In this document: piece after piece, positions 13,725 through 27,176 of the stretch
How positions within the stretch are numbered: the first letter of the stretch is position 1
Layout: every line of letters starts with the position of its first letter
Assembly (NCBI GenBank): GCA_050084985.1
Contig: JBITNC010000001.1
Span: 102,424,001-102,488,000 of the forward strand
Direction of reading: 5' to 3'
DNA from: Nageia nagi
Lineage: Eukaryota > Plantae > Pinophyta
DNA length: 64,000 bases
Program-made: the position numbers and the translations under genes
Notes under the pieces: generated by a model
The model's input: only the letters and a program-made list of their open reading frames with translations
Database searches by the model: none
What the model was told of the DNA's origin: nothing

Positions 13725-14750
13725 GATTGTTCCTCATTTCACCTACCCTAGGTGAAATGAATGTATACCGAATTTGGGGGATTTCCATTAGGGGGAGTCT
13801 TATGCATTAGAGGGAGATTTCAAATAATAACTTCTAGGAGCATGAGGCTCTTTGGCTTACAAGGGAAGTGGACCACAACTAGGAGCATTAAGTTGCTAGA
13901 CTAGTAGAGGTTTTTGGTTTTCCCCAACAAGGTGACACTTATGATTAATGTGGCTACCATCATACCCACTTACTTGTGTCTAGAAAAGAGTAGCTCAACT
14001 TTTCCTCTTGGATTGGTTTGGATGGTTCGATATATATGCAAAAGGGGAGAACAATTTACATGGGGATCACTAGTTCTAGCCCAAATTATACAGGGATTTG
14101 TACAACTTCATTAGCATTGATAAGTTCAATGTGATGATTACTCACATTGGTCTACTATGGATATGGGTGTATGAGCATATTGCCATCATGAGGCCTATGG
14201 GATTACAATGAGAGAGGGAGGATTTAGGGGACATTACCCTAGTGTGCTGGAACTCTAAGGGCATTAGGTATAGGTACTCCCAGTAACTAGAGGTGATGAG
14301 GTAGCAAATTGATGGACTATAGGCTGATGACTTAGTTTGGGTGTGTTAACAAGATTTTGTATGGGATGTGAATGTGCACCAATTGGCATGGGTTCATTAG
14401 GCTTACTTCCTCCAAGCTTAAAGGAAGGTGATGGAGCATACCATCCATAACACATATTATGATAGTTTGGGATCCAACAGGGGATCCCATCCGTTCCTAT
14501 TTGCTATCGATGATATATGGTCAAGAGATACATGCTTACAAGGATGTAGGTAATTCTAATGTGGAGGCTCTTATAGGAGGATCCTAGGACATTGGATGAT
14601 GTGAATAATGTCTCCATGGCTCTTGAGGTTATCCCCAATTATGCAGCATGGTGGGTAGGAGTCCATCCTGGTGACCTCAAGATGAACGAGGATGATGATG
14701 ATGATGATTGAGGAGGCAGCAAATGATGGGTCATCAAAGGATGATCCCTA
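13725..14750 (+). pseudogene. Plant mobile domain (PMD, MAIN-like/aminotransferase-like) pseudogene, probably TE-borne; Copia element inserted at its left edge
   Basis: Ordered motifs SFHLP/GEM (13731), WGSLVLAQ (~14060), LLWIWVYEHI (~14152), FGIQQGIP (~14466), YAAWW (~14640), then an acidic run. Confidence 0.75.
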
Positions 14751-16060
14751 CTAGGTGAACAACCCCATTCATGATATACTAATGTAGGAGGGAGAGGCAT
14801 CAGGAGCACAGGGATTGGCTATGCTAGTTGTAGCCATGCCCCTAGCGGCACTAGGTAAGATACTACATTATTTGCAATTTAAGATTTTCAATTTTTATTA
14901 ATGCAAAGAACATTTGACTAATTATGAATTTCAATTTGTTATAGAAGATGTAGATAGATAGATTTCTTTGTTATAAGTAGAGGTTAGTAGACTTAGGCCC
15001 ATGGAGGCCTAGGTTACCAAAATTTAGACCCTAAAATGTGTAAATATTAAATAAATACAAAATAAATAAATTTTGGTCTACGAATACAATGAATAGTAGC
15101 TCTATACTAGATTACAAGAAATATACATGAAACATATAAACCTAATATAGAGTGAGGCCTGTGGCCAGTTTGTGTATAATCCTCAAAGATAAATTGTAAT
15201 GAATCTCCTAAGGATTATGATCAGATTCAAGATGTGCTCTCAATAGATGTTCGCTATAATGGATACACGAGCTACTCTCCAAAATCTAAACCTCCCGATC
15301 ATGAAGGCGCATGTCATTGGCTATGTGGAAGAGGTACACTGATGATGGTGTAGGAATATCAGTTTCGTGTTATGCACAAGAGAGAGATAACAAAGCTCAA
15401 AGAGTTAATAAGTTCTTAAATATAGGTGGCATCAAGAGACACTGTAAGTTTAATGTTTGAGATAACCACCTATTAGAGAGATCCAATAGGGATGTCAACC
15501 TTCACCTCTAGTATTTATAACTTGTAAGGAAATAGAAAGGGGTGAAAGCCAACACATAGAAATAACAATAATCATTTCAATATTCAAGATAACTTAAAAT
15601 ATAAACCATGATATATGATATTACATTAACCTTATCACATGGTATTGCAATATAATAGAACTTTTATCTTGATTTTTATATTATTGCTTTTTAATCATTA
15701 AATGTGCTAAACATGATTTATTAAATAAATAATAAATCATTTTTAAGCATCTACAATACCATGGTGCAAGGTAGAGGGATGGAAGACCACACGATAGGAG
15801 AAGGTACGATGGTGGTGGAACATGCCGCTAGGGAAGGGGATCCATTATTATTATTATTTTAAAAAAATATTATTTGAAAAAAGTAATCTTAAACAATTAT
15901 ATGGTAGATTCCCAATACCTTCCCTTTAAAAAAAAATTCTTTCCTTTCCTTTTATTATTTTTTTGTAAACAAAAATTACAATGTAAAAAAGGATTTGCAT
16001 ATTCTAGAAAGAAATTTGCACTAATTCTACAAAATTCTTCTCATGAAATTATATAACAAT

Positions 16061-16560
16061 TGTTGGAATGTATAATGCATTATTGTAAAGGTTTTGTAAT
16101 AATCTTCTATGTAAGTGTACTAATACTTAAGGGTATCATTTGATACGTTAAGTATTTAAGTGAATATGATAATGTAACTTGTCCTACACTCCATGTCATG
16201 AGCATGCCCCTTGGGTAAAAAGAGTTGCATGTCATGCCTTTGTACATTGGGTAAAAGGGTGATCCAAAGAGAGATTTTGGCCTATAAATAGAAGGCTCCC
16301 TCTTTGTGATCATACACCAATTTGTGGAGTAAATTTATGCTATAGTATAGTGTTTGGGAGATGAGATTAGGAGATTTGTAAGAGTTCCTACTTGTGAATG
16401 AAGTGAGATCTAGTTTGTGGATGTACTCCTAGTTGGAGGAACCACTTACATCTTGAGTTATCTTTTTGAGACTGCTTTGTGAGTTATTTAGATGTGATTT
16501 GGGAGCTTACATGTGATTTTGGTAGTATAGGGTTGACTATGTTATAGTTCAATCCCTTCA
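16061..16560 (+). mobile_element. Solo LTR of the same Copia family as 13226-13724
   Basis: tgttggaatgtataatgc...cccttca, 500 bp; perfect TSD acaat/acaat. Confidence 0.93.
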
Positions 16561-16692
16561 ACAATATGATATACATAAAAAAACTATATTGTAGAAAATA
16601 AAAAGTATGCAAATTTGTACAAAAAAATTCATAACAATAAAATATTGTTACATATTAAGCAATATTTTTTTTTTTACAAAATAAATGTAGCT

Positions 16693-17380
16693 AATATATA
16701 ATAAGAATTTTAGATTTTAAATAGCTCCAAAAAGAGCAAGAGAGAGGATGAGAGCTATACCTTGAGTGGATTTTACCTAGAGAAAAAGGAACATCTCCAA
16801 GGAGGCTTTGATACCAAATGAAAGAATTGAAGGATTCCTTAATCTTCAGCCAAGATAACCTTGAATGTAATCTTACTAATCTTAAGAACACATAGATACT
16901 TCACATAAAGAGAACTCAAGCATGTATAGTGGTTCCTCCAACCATGTGAGTACATCCACTTTAACCATCTCAATTATATTATCTTAAAAACTCTAGCTCT
17001 CTTTACAACTAGAAGCATATTCAAGCTTCCTACAAGATCAAAATCCTCTCAAACTACAAGCATGAGATTGCTTTCCACAAGTGTATTTTACAATAAGGAA
17101 AATCCCTCTATTTATAGGTGAAAACCTCACCTTATCTCACCCTTTTACCTAAGGGAAATACAATGGACCAAAGGTCCTTACACAATAGTAAGAATGGACA
17201 AGTGTCATGCTGAAGTGTAGGACAAGTATCCTAATATTTAATCCACTTAAATACTTAAAAGGTACTTGGGAATACTTTTAAGTTTTAAGTGATTAAATAG
17301 GGAGTTACATAAAAGAAGTATTATTCCTTAGATACCATCTAAAGAATAACTCACACAATAATACATTATATGTTCTAACA
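16693..17380 (-). mobile_element. Truncated Copia element: 5' LTR 16819-17380 + PBS + short internal stub
   Basis: LTR start (minus) tgttagaacatataatgtattattg resembles the family above; PBS revcomp gctttgatacca 16805-16816; left boundary approximate. Confidence 0.75.
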
Positions 17381-20300
17381 TGTAGGAGCTATCAAGAGTT
17401 TTTAAATATCACCATTGTAATGGGTCAAATTAGAACTTTAGACTTTTAATGTGGATTCTTTCACACCTCACTTGTTTTCTAGTTCCCTTGGCAATAGGTG
17501 ATAAGTTAATGTTAGGAGGTTTTAACTAACATCATTGTATTGTGCTTAATTCGATTCTAAAATTTTATTTTAATGATTTTTTTAGGTGAGCATGAGTGAT
17601 TGTGATCATTTGTCCTTGGGAGTATTCTTATCTTTCTTGGAATATCTATACATTATTCAATATTTTTATTTATATGAGAAATAATCATTCAAATACTTAA
17701 TTGATATATTTACTCCTAAACAAACTTTGATAGGTTCTACAAACCAATTGGTTTAAAAGGACATTAAAAGACAACTATCAATCTATCATATACATAACAT
17801 GCATACAAAGAAAGTTGTGTAGAAATCTCTCATAGTGATATTTTAGGTGTTTACATTATTCACAAATCATATCTCCAAATAATATCATGCATCACCCTAA
17901 GGTAATAATCAAGCAAGTGTAAGATTCTACATCCAAACCCTAAAAATGAAAGAACACACAACATGCCTATAGATAGAGGTGTTGTGTAACAACCTTACAT
18001 TGTATTATTTTAGGTGTTTTATATTATATGCAAAATATATCCCCTCAAAATAATATTTGGTATCACCCTATGGTGATAGATTTAGTCATGCAAGTTAAAT
18101 ATTTAAAGTATAATTCTCTCAAATCCTAACCATAATAAAAAAGAGGAATATAAAGAGCCTACGTACGTTGTCTACAACTTGGAATATCATTTTTGAATCT
18201 ATTGATAAATCCATCCATCATGTGTTAGATCTATAGAATACTACATGGACTGTCCTATAGGAGTATGTCATGTTGAAAACTACCTATGAATGGAGACTAC
18301 CACTTGCATATTGTGAATTCCCTTTGGAGATCGCCAACTCATACTCTCTCTCACTAGTATTCTACTGCGATATGACTACATATATCTATTGTTTTACATG
18401 TCTATTTACATATTGTTACAAAAAAAAAGAAAAAAAAAAATTTCTCCACATAATTGAGTGGGAGGTAAACCTCACCAACCCAATGTTCTTCCCTCAACCC
18501 GCTATGATACCATTTACTGAGATACTATTTCATTATAGATGAAAAGTATTCATAGATATGCAATATGACAAACCTTGTGATAAATAATTAACAATCACAT
18601 GAAAATAACAATGTAACATCTAACTAACTAAACATAGCTGATTCGTGAATGGATATGAACAATAAACTAAATAATGATATAATAATCCTAACAAGTTTAC
18701 ATCTCCCATAACCAACATTTGAGCTAATCAATTTGTCCTTGCATTTCAATGAGGATTATTTCTATTCTTGCTAGGGATCCACCCAACATGGATTGCATCT
18801 TTAATCTTTAAGTTATAACTTCTTTTTCCATGGATTTATATTATTTCAATAGTTCAAGTGTGTCATTGCCAAAGACCTCTAGGGTCCAACCCCACCTTGA
18901 TTGTATATGCATCCTTTATAGGGATTTGGATATGGTGGGGAACTTCTCCTCCATGAATGATATCCTCCTTGCTCTCATAGATATCCATAAGTTTGCTTCC
19001 ATAGCTCTAAGAATCCACCAATTTTGCATTTCCTTTACAAGCCATCCTCTTGGGTCCATCCAAATGCACTCTACTACTTGTTAATCTTGCTATGGCCTGG
19101 ATGCACTTAGTTTCTCCCTTGTTTGTAGTTGAATTACTTGTTATTTGTATAAGGTTGAGGTTCAAGCTTCTCAAGAAGAGGGTTCAAATGTTGCGTTTGA
19201 AGGAGCTACACAATTGGGAGGATGGATAGGTATAGGAGTTTTGGGTTGTAGATTTGTTGCTGCCAAGTATATTGTAATATCCCCATTTTTGGCATCTCAC
19301 TCATTTCGACATCACGATGTATTTATTGGGCTTCATGCAGTGGGATGCCCCTCTTCTAGATATATAGGAATTATTTTTCATGGTTAGGAGTTATTTCTAA
19401 TGGAATTGGAGCATACTTAATATTTTTGAAGCATTATCCAGTGTTTTATGATGCAATAATGTGTATCTAGCAACCTTAGGATAAGAAAGTCCCATTGGTG
19501 TGCTTATTTACAATTTCAAATCGAGAATAAATCATTCTCAAAAGTTGGCCAAGGCAAAAATGTTTTTCTCCCTAGATAAGTCAACATGTATTGGAGTAAT
19601 GGTCATTTGCATATTTATACCTGGAGGATTTTTAAGTTGGAGGAGCATCATTGGACATCAAATCATCTTCTTCGAGAAGAGATTGAATCAACCTTCTTCT
19701 TCACTTTTATGGACAAAAATCCATAAGGGAGACCTTGGGGACAAAACCCCCATTGGTTTCAAAGAACTTAAGGATGAAAAACCTTAGGTCATTCATTGGA
19801 AAATTCTTCTAGAGCTTCATTTATACTTAAACATTTGAGATTACTCATTTGAGGAGTCTTGGAGTGGAGAGCCCATCTTTAGAAGGCATCTTGGTGTATC
19901 TTACACCCTTTTTTAGTCTTCCTAGTGGTTTGCCTAGCCTTGGATAGCCAAGGACATATTTTTGAGTATCTTCATACACTTTTTCAACCCCTAGGTGGTT
20001 TTCCCACTTTCTAAGGTACCCTACTTGCTCATTTGATAATCATCATTATGGTGGATGAATTCAATTGATACTCAATTGTGATTTTTGTGGCTCATGTACA
20101 TGCATTTTTAGTATTTGTTTTAGATATGAAATTAGGGCATAATGTATTTAAATCTAAAATGTTGAAGCATGAATTTTTATGAACTTGAAGTGGCTTGGTG
20201 AATAAAATTGGTAACTACGGCATCATTTGGCAAATCTAAATTTTAAGAGAATAATTCATGCTTCTTTACTAGTTTGGACCATTACATCAGTAGCAAATTC

Positions 20301-21015
20301 CTATTGTAGGATTCATTGTTGCCTAGTCGATAACAAATTCTTGCTACGGGATTCATTATTTCCTTGCAAGTAACATATTCTTGTTGTGGAATTCATTATT
20401 GCCTAATCGAGAATGGATTCCTTTTGCAAGATTTGTTGTTGTTGGGCTAGCAACAAATTCATGTTGTAGGATTGTCAAGCTAGTAGCAAATGCTCCTCAC
20501 TTAATAATTTTTTAAATATGTTTATTAAATTTAATTTTTTTTTCTAACATTTTGTGAAACATCAATAAAGATAAAGTCAACATTAAAGATCCTTTAAACC
20601 TATTTGTTTGTAGGATGTATCAAGAGTTTTTAAATATTATCAATGTAGGAGGTGGGAATAGAAGACATTCAATGTAGGTGCCATCACACCTTAGTTGTGT
20701 CTCAAATCCCCTAGCAAGAGGTGATAAGTTACTATTTGGCATTTTTGACAACCATCACCATATTGTGCTTGATCTATATCTAGATTTTTGTTTCAATAAT
20801 TTATTTTCACTAGGTGTATGTGAGTGATTGTTGTCAATTATCTTTGAGAGTATTCTTATTTTTCTTAGAATATTTGTGCATTTGTGCACAATTCAATGTT
20901 TTTCTTTATATGAGAAACAATAAATCAAATACTTAATTGATATATATTTACTTCTATACAAACTTTTATAGGTTGTACAAACCAATGGGTTTAAAAACAC
21001 ATTTAAAGACTCCTA
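17381..21015. repeat. Unclassified old repeat region with a diverged ~400-bp direct duplication (17381-17777 vs 20609-21015)
   Basis: Both copies start tgtagga..tatcaagagtttttaaatat and share ggtgataagtta, gagtattcttat, tcaaatacttaattgatata, acaaaccaat.ggtttaaaa. Confidence 0.7.
20291..20490. repeat. 40-bp tandem array, 5 degenerate dyad-symmetric units
   Basis: Units at 20291, 20331, 20371, 20411, 20451; consensus like taacaaattc.t.ttgt.ggattcattgtt. Confidence 0.75.
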
Positions 21016-21439
21016 GTCATGCAAGTTGAAATTCTAAAGTGTAAGGTCCTCATCCTACCTTAACAATGAAAGAACACATGGAAAGCTCCTTCAAGTTCAT
21101 CTATACAAGAATAACAACCTTTACAAAGCACATCATAGACCTACTTGATAAAGCTCAATATTTCACATGCAAAGATAACAAAGATATCCTAGATAATACT
21201 TTGAAGTCCATAAAGAGTTTAGAGTTCAAGGTTATAGATGATGACATGCACTCTGTCAAGAGTGGCATTCCCTTTCATGTGAGGCACTTGTGCTCCCTAA
21301 GAGAACATGTTTGAAAACATTCTTTAGATGGTGCAAGTTAACATGATTCATAGATCATTAATACCCAAGCCATGGTATTGTATATTATCATATTTGATCT
21401 TATTTTATATGTATAATATAATATACTACCTTTATATAT

Positions 21440-23996
21440 ATCAATTTTGTAGCCAATGAGACAAGATCTAAGAGATATATCATTAGAGCACAAATTTTTG
21501 GGTCTAGAATGAGGCCAATGGAGATAGGGTCATTTTTCAAAGATTTCCAAAGTTGAAATCAGAGAGCATAGGCCAGTAGAAGACATCATTCCATGCAAGT
21601 TTAGGCTTGGAAATTTTGGATTTTGACCAAGCATGCAAAAATGGCATCTAGGAGGGGTTTTGCACCCCTTTGATGAACTCAAAGGGATGAATTTCAATGC
21701 CTAAATCAAGGAGAGAAAAGTAAATTTTGCATGGAGACGGTGATTCTAAGAACATTTAAACTTCAAAATTTTTGATTTTTAACAAGTTTGGACACCCAAA
21801 ATTCTAGGCAGGGATTTGCATGCCTTTGATGACATCAAAGGGGTGAATCTTGGTGCCTACTCGAAATGATGTAGTTGATTTTTGACAAAAACGAAAATTT
21901 GAGCATAGGTATGCATGGAGAAGGTGATTCTAGGCAATATTAAACTTTGAAATTTTCATTTTTGACAAAGTTTAAGTGCCCAAAATTGTAGGTGGGGATT
22001 TAGCATTGTTTGATGACATCAAACCCAAAAAAACATCTAATAGTGTAATTCATGGGTTTGGGTCAAATTTTCAAAATTCAGAAGATTTCATATGCACATA
22101 CTCATTTGGATTCTACATACCTTGGTCCAAAAGGCAAGCAAAATGGACAAGATTTGCACAAGCTAGAAGGCTAAGCATACAAATGAAGGTGTTTGGTGAC
22201 TTCAAACACTATTAAGCATGCAAAATGCACGAAGCTAAAAAATAATTTTCAAAATGGATGTGAGTACCCATTTCCATTATATTGAGGATAGTGTATGTCG
22301 AAATTGATAAGAAATGAGCAATTCAATTAGCTAGAGCACTTTGAGCAAAAAGGTGGAACACCAAAAGCACTTTGAGCATAGAAGGTGGAGCACCAAAAGC
22401 ACTTTGAGCATAAAAGGTGGAACACTAAAAGCACTTTGAGAACCAAAGTGGAGCATCAAAAGCACTTTTGAGCACCATTTTTGGTCACTTGAGCCAAATT
22501 TTTCTAAAATTGCTCAAAAACCCAAATATTGCTCCCAAGCTCCAAAAACCTCCAAATCAATCTTAAACACCTCCAAGATCCATGCCCAATCCATTCATGG
22601 CCATATAAGATCCTTCCGGGCACTTTTTAAAATTTTTAGAAATTTTAGACCCTTATATTTTTCAGATTTTAAACCAAAAAAATCCATTTTTTAGAATATC
22701 TTCACTAAAATCCTTAAAAGCTACCCAAGGTCACTCAAATTAATGGTGGAATGCATATTTTAGTGAAGAGGGTACTCAAAGATAGTGAAGAAGATTCAAA
22801 ATTGGCTCTAGATATGTAAGATCCTTTGTAAAAGGATTAATTTTCATGTATATACATTAAAAATGATTGAAAGGAAGAATGTATTCTCTTACCACTTCAA
22901 ATGTAATTTCATTTCAATTTGCATATCAATTAGCCTAGATTAGGGTTAGGGAAACACCAAAAGTGAGCTCCAGAAGTCTATAAATAGACCATAGGGGGTC
23001 CCATTTTTACAAAGAATGTTCAAGTGCAAAAAAGGCCAATTTTCATGAAAACTGATTTTTTTTTTGTAATTAATGAGCACATTGATGTACATGTGCATAA
23101 CTCTTTTGCAAAGTAATACAAATGGCTAAAACTTGATTCTAAGTGTGTTATCATCAATTAGAGTTGTGGATTGACCTTTTGAGAGCAATTTGTCATAATT
23201 CAAATATTTTCATGCCATCTCCTTGAAAGTTCATGCGTTTTAAGAGAATCTCTTGCAAACTTTTCAAAAGATTTGAATTATCCTAAATTGTTGCTAATCC
23301 ATAGCTTTAATGTATAAATGCTTTGTATTTTAAATCGTCTTTCCTTTATGATATCAAACTAGACTTCTTGTTTGAAACCCATTCATCCTTGTGATCCACT
23401 CTAAGTTTCTTTGATTGCCTCGATAGTCAGCTTTGCTTTCTGCTTTTCTTTGAAACAATTGGACAATAATCATTTGTTTTCAAAGATTGATGAATTGAAC
23501 AAATCTTCCTAACTGATCCAAGAGAAAGAAAGTTTAACAATGCTAGCATTGTGGTAATCATTTCAAATCTAGCCAAGTATCCACCTCATTCTCACCCTTC
23601 TCTTTTCTTTATTTTTTACTTTTTTTTTTTAAATTCATAGCAACTTTCGAACTATTGCAAGATAAACACTTAATAGTTACTACTTTTACTACACCACTCA
23701 GTTGATTTCCAAATAAGACCTACACAATTTAAACTTGTATTAACGACACAAGCTTTCGATAGAAACCTTGGGGTATCAATCCTTACAAGAGAAGTTTAGT
23801 AACATGTTCTCTCCCACTATTGGGTTGCTTTGCTGTCTTGATCATCTTGCAACAATTGTCGAATAAGAAAGAAAGAGAAATTTTATTAATGTCCTCGGGA
23901 AACCAAGAGCGATCTATGGGATGATGGTAGGGAGTACATTGTATCACTCTTAATGGGATTTGAACATGGGACACTCTATGAAACAAGATCACAACA
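21440..23996 (+). mobile_element. 5'-truncated large LTR related to 46331-49741
   Basis: Collinear similarity from attttgtagccaa...agatct through TATA ctataaatagaccata (~22978) to gatagaaaccttggggtatca; ends ...cacaaca. Confidence 0.8.
22335..22477 (+). repeat. ~32-bp tandem repeat (x4) inside LTR
   Basis: agcactttgagcata.aaggtgga.caccaaa repeated; ends gagcaccatttttgg. Confidence 0.85.
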
Positions 23997-25931
23997 TGAC
24001 CAATTCAACAAGTAATGTATATGACTTTTTTGATATTATTCTTAATTGTTAACACAATAACTATAGTTATGTATGCTACTAACTTAGATATCTTAGATAT
24101 ATATCTAAAAACATCAAGAGCTATTAATCTCAAGGTGCTTATCTTAAATATCACACTATAAAAGAATAAGATAGGCACATCAAAATTGATATCTTTCAAC
24201 ATTATTAGATATATATCTAAGATATCCATGCTAGTAATATTTGTAATTGCAAGTTGATCCACAAATTCTTACACAAGATAGCTAAAAGACAATTTTATTA
24301 TGAATTTTAATTTTGTTAAAAACAATCATTTAAATCGATAAATGATATATATTTATTCTTGGACAAATTTTGATCCTACAAACATTGAGTTTAAAGTATG
24401 TAAAATAACATCATTCATTCATATTGTTGATATCATCAATTCTCAATCATGCTTAATTTTCTTCTAACGAGTTGGAACTTTTGACTTGCATTTAATCAAT
24501 CTTCCATTCATTTCATTTTTTAAACTAGTAATGGCTCCACAACAATGATTATTCCCTTCTTATTCTCTCATCAATTGCTGAAACGAAATCGCCACTCTTT
24601 GATAAGGTCACTTTGATGGTCCATGATTCCCCTACATCCAATCCTCTTATTAAAATTGGTTTTTATTTCTTAAGTTTAAAACTGAGCTTCAAAACCAAAT
24701 ATTTTGCTTCCCATTTGAACTAACATCAATGGCAAAAACCGCTTAAATTTAACATAAACGTGAGTCATTCATCAAAAGATGATGTGAATCATGTGATGAC
24801 TCCATTTGGTCCAAACATTCCTTTAATATTTGTTTCTCACCAATGTTAAACCTTATCCCTTCGAAATGAAAACTTCCTTTTACTTGTTCACATAAGCAAA
24901 GCATTACAACAATCGCTCCACTCACGAATTTTTATGTTTTTCAATCCACCCAAATCTGTGCCATCTTTTGATCTTCACCACCGGTGTCACTTAATTCCCT
25001 GACTCATCCCAACATCAAATGATAACATAACATTAATGAGTCTTAAAAAGCATTTCGTGTTAAACTGTAAAAGAAGTAAAACGGACATGATGCAAAAATA
25101 CTCATACAAAGAAGCAGCATTCTTGTGGATTGGGGATAAAAGAATAAATGCAACCAACAATCAACCAGATTTGTCTTTTCATACCACTTCTGTGCATGGT
25201 TTCTTTATCTTATTTTGTTTGAAATTTCATAAAATTCGTACATATGCAATAACAATGTCAAAATTGAAGCATAAATTCTGTTTGTTCAAACCCACTCAAA
25301 TTAAATATCCCAGAGTTCATACTCTAGTATTATTGTACTATAAATGAAACAAGAACTGGGTTGAAATATTAGATGTGCAACTTGTACAAGGAATAGATGA
25401 GAATCGTATAACTTGCAGTCAGATAAACCTCAGCTTCACTGGAAATGGGAATTCCAATGTTTGGATGTTAAACTGCACTTCTATCTAGAAAACTGTTATT
25501 AATTGCAGTCCTTAGGTTGACTAGCTCAGCGAAGGAACTTAGCTATGTAATTAAGGCCTATTACCATTAGCAAACTAAAGCTGTCTTTGGATCAAACTTG
25601 TGACCTTGAGCATATATATCATTTACAATGATCATATCCACAGATGAATAAACTTGCCTTGTCTTGGATCAGACCAACTTTTAGTTGCACCATTCTGAAC
25701 ATTTAAGTGCTCTATTGTTATATTATTAAGGAACAGGACTTAACAGAGCATAAGCATGCAAGGGAAGTCAATCCGCACTATATGAGAGAAAATTTGTGTA
25801 TACAGAACATATTGATATTCTTTTCATGAGGGCAAGAAACATAATAAAACTATAGCAGCCTAAAATGCATTTTAAGATATATCTCAGTTGTCTCCATGAC
25901 CTCATTATGTCTTCCTCACGTTACCTAGAAC

Positions 25932-26131
25932 CTAGAAGACCCTCCCTAGTCGTATATCCGTAACTAGGGTTATATCTGTTTTACTTTCGTCATCAGTCAA
26001 TGTTTTAGTATTCTCTAGTACTTTTGTCAAAGACGTACGATTGTTGCTCCAAACAGCATCTGCCCACTCTCTCATTGTCTGTGCTTCTCCAACCCTGTTG
26101 TGCTGCAGTGACAAGAGTTGTGCATAGCCAC
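25932..26131 (-). CDS. NDP1: NDP1-like terminal coding exon with stop
   Basis: 200 nt; GGYAQLLSLQHNRVGEAQTMREWADAVWSNNRTSL...VTDIRLGRVF*; matches recalled NDP1 C-terminus (GYAELLLIQENR...WAESAWRNKRISL...DARTTRVL). Confidence 0.9.
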
Positions 26132-26229
26132 CTGCACAATACACAGCACCATAACTCAATTACTAATCAAAGATCCCTTAACACACTTCTCTTCTTTCTA
26201 ATCAAAGTTCCTTTACACTTCTTTCTTAC

Positions 26230-26277
26230 CTCTTGTAAGTGCAACAACATCCCTTAGATCAATCTCATTTGGTGAAA
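26230..26277 (-). CDS. NDP1: NDP1-like exon
   Basis: 48 nt; (V)SPNEIDLRDVVALTR; aacag| ... AGAG|gtaaga. Confidence 0.87.
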
Positions 26278-26385
26278 CTGTTCACAAGTCAAATATATTA
26301 GCCTACTGAATGCATGTCATTCTCAATCTATAGACACCCAATGCTGATATTTTTCTTTTATGATGAAATAGTAAAGAATACGTAC

Positions 26386-26440
26386 CTTTACGATCAAGAG
26401 GTGGAGCCTTCAACATTTCTAATGCTCGCCTGTAAAGACC
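26386..26440 (-). CDS. NDP1: NDP1-like exon
   Basis: 55 nt; GLYRRALEMLKAPPLDRK (recalled NDP1: GLYRKALELMKAPPLDSK); ctccag| ... |gtacg. Confidence 0.92.
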
Positions 26441-26546
26441 CTGGAGGAGGCCCACCAATACACAATGAAAACCAGTTTTTCCTTTGAAAAGTACGTTATA
26501 TCCAGTTAAGAAATTAAAACCTAATCAATCAAAACATAATGCCAAC

Positions 26547-26647
26547 CTCTTGAATAAAAAAATAGCTTGCACCTTCCGATTGTCCTTTACGGCCAAACAT
26601 GTCCGCTATGCATGATAAAACAATCCCAACCCTATAGGTATGCCCCC
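26547..26647 (-). CDS. NDP1: NDP1-like exon
   Basis: 101 nt; (G)GHTYRVGIVLSCIADMFGRKGQSEGASYFFIQE; cttcag| ... CAAGAG|gttggc. Confidence 0.88.
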
Positions 26648-26799
26648 CTGAAGTGACGTAAGATCATCTGTCATCTTATAAAACAACGAGAAATACAGTG
26701 AAATGTCTTCTCATATGACAAACATTTAATAACCAATTAACTTTCTCAAACAAGAGTTCCTATGGTTTTTGGGGAACAAAGAAACAAGAGAATACAGAC

Positions 26800-26861
26800 C
26801 ACAATATTCCTCTGCTTTCCTCAGAACCTCTGTCAATCTCTGCTCAGCCTCATCAAACTTC
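26800..26861 (-). CDS. NDP1: NDP1-like exon
   Basis: 62 nt; (G)KFDEAEQRLTEVLRKAEEYC; AG/GT boundaries. Confidence 0.88.
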
Positions 26862-27176
26862 CTGAAACAAATTTTTGCAACTTAAGATCGTGTAAAAGAT
26901 TTAAGAATTTCTATAACACGATTTTCTGTAAAGAAACTATTTTGTTGGGATTATAAATAATATTAAATTACATAAAATTTAAAAGATTTTGAGCATTCTT
27001 CAGACCCTTAATTCAACCACTACTAATTTGAGACAATTGTATCACATGGCAAAGCTTAGCATGATTATATAGTTTCCATCTCTTGGAAGCTTATATACAT
27101 TAAGCACCCATACTTAAATCATTGGTGACATCATGAAGATTAGTTTCTTTAAATAGTTAGAAAACCCATGGATCAT

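Noticed and set aside
24005-24300. Repeated palindromic ttagatatatatctaa motifs as a functional element
   Set aside because: Low-complexity AT-rich sequence; no boundaries or TSD found.
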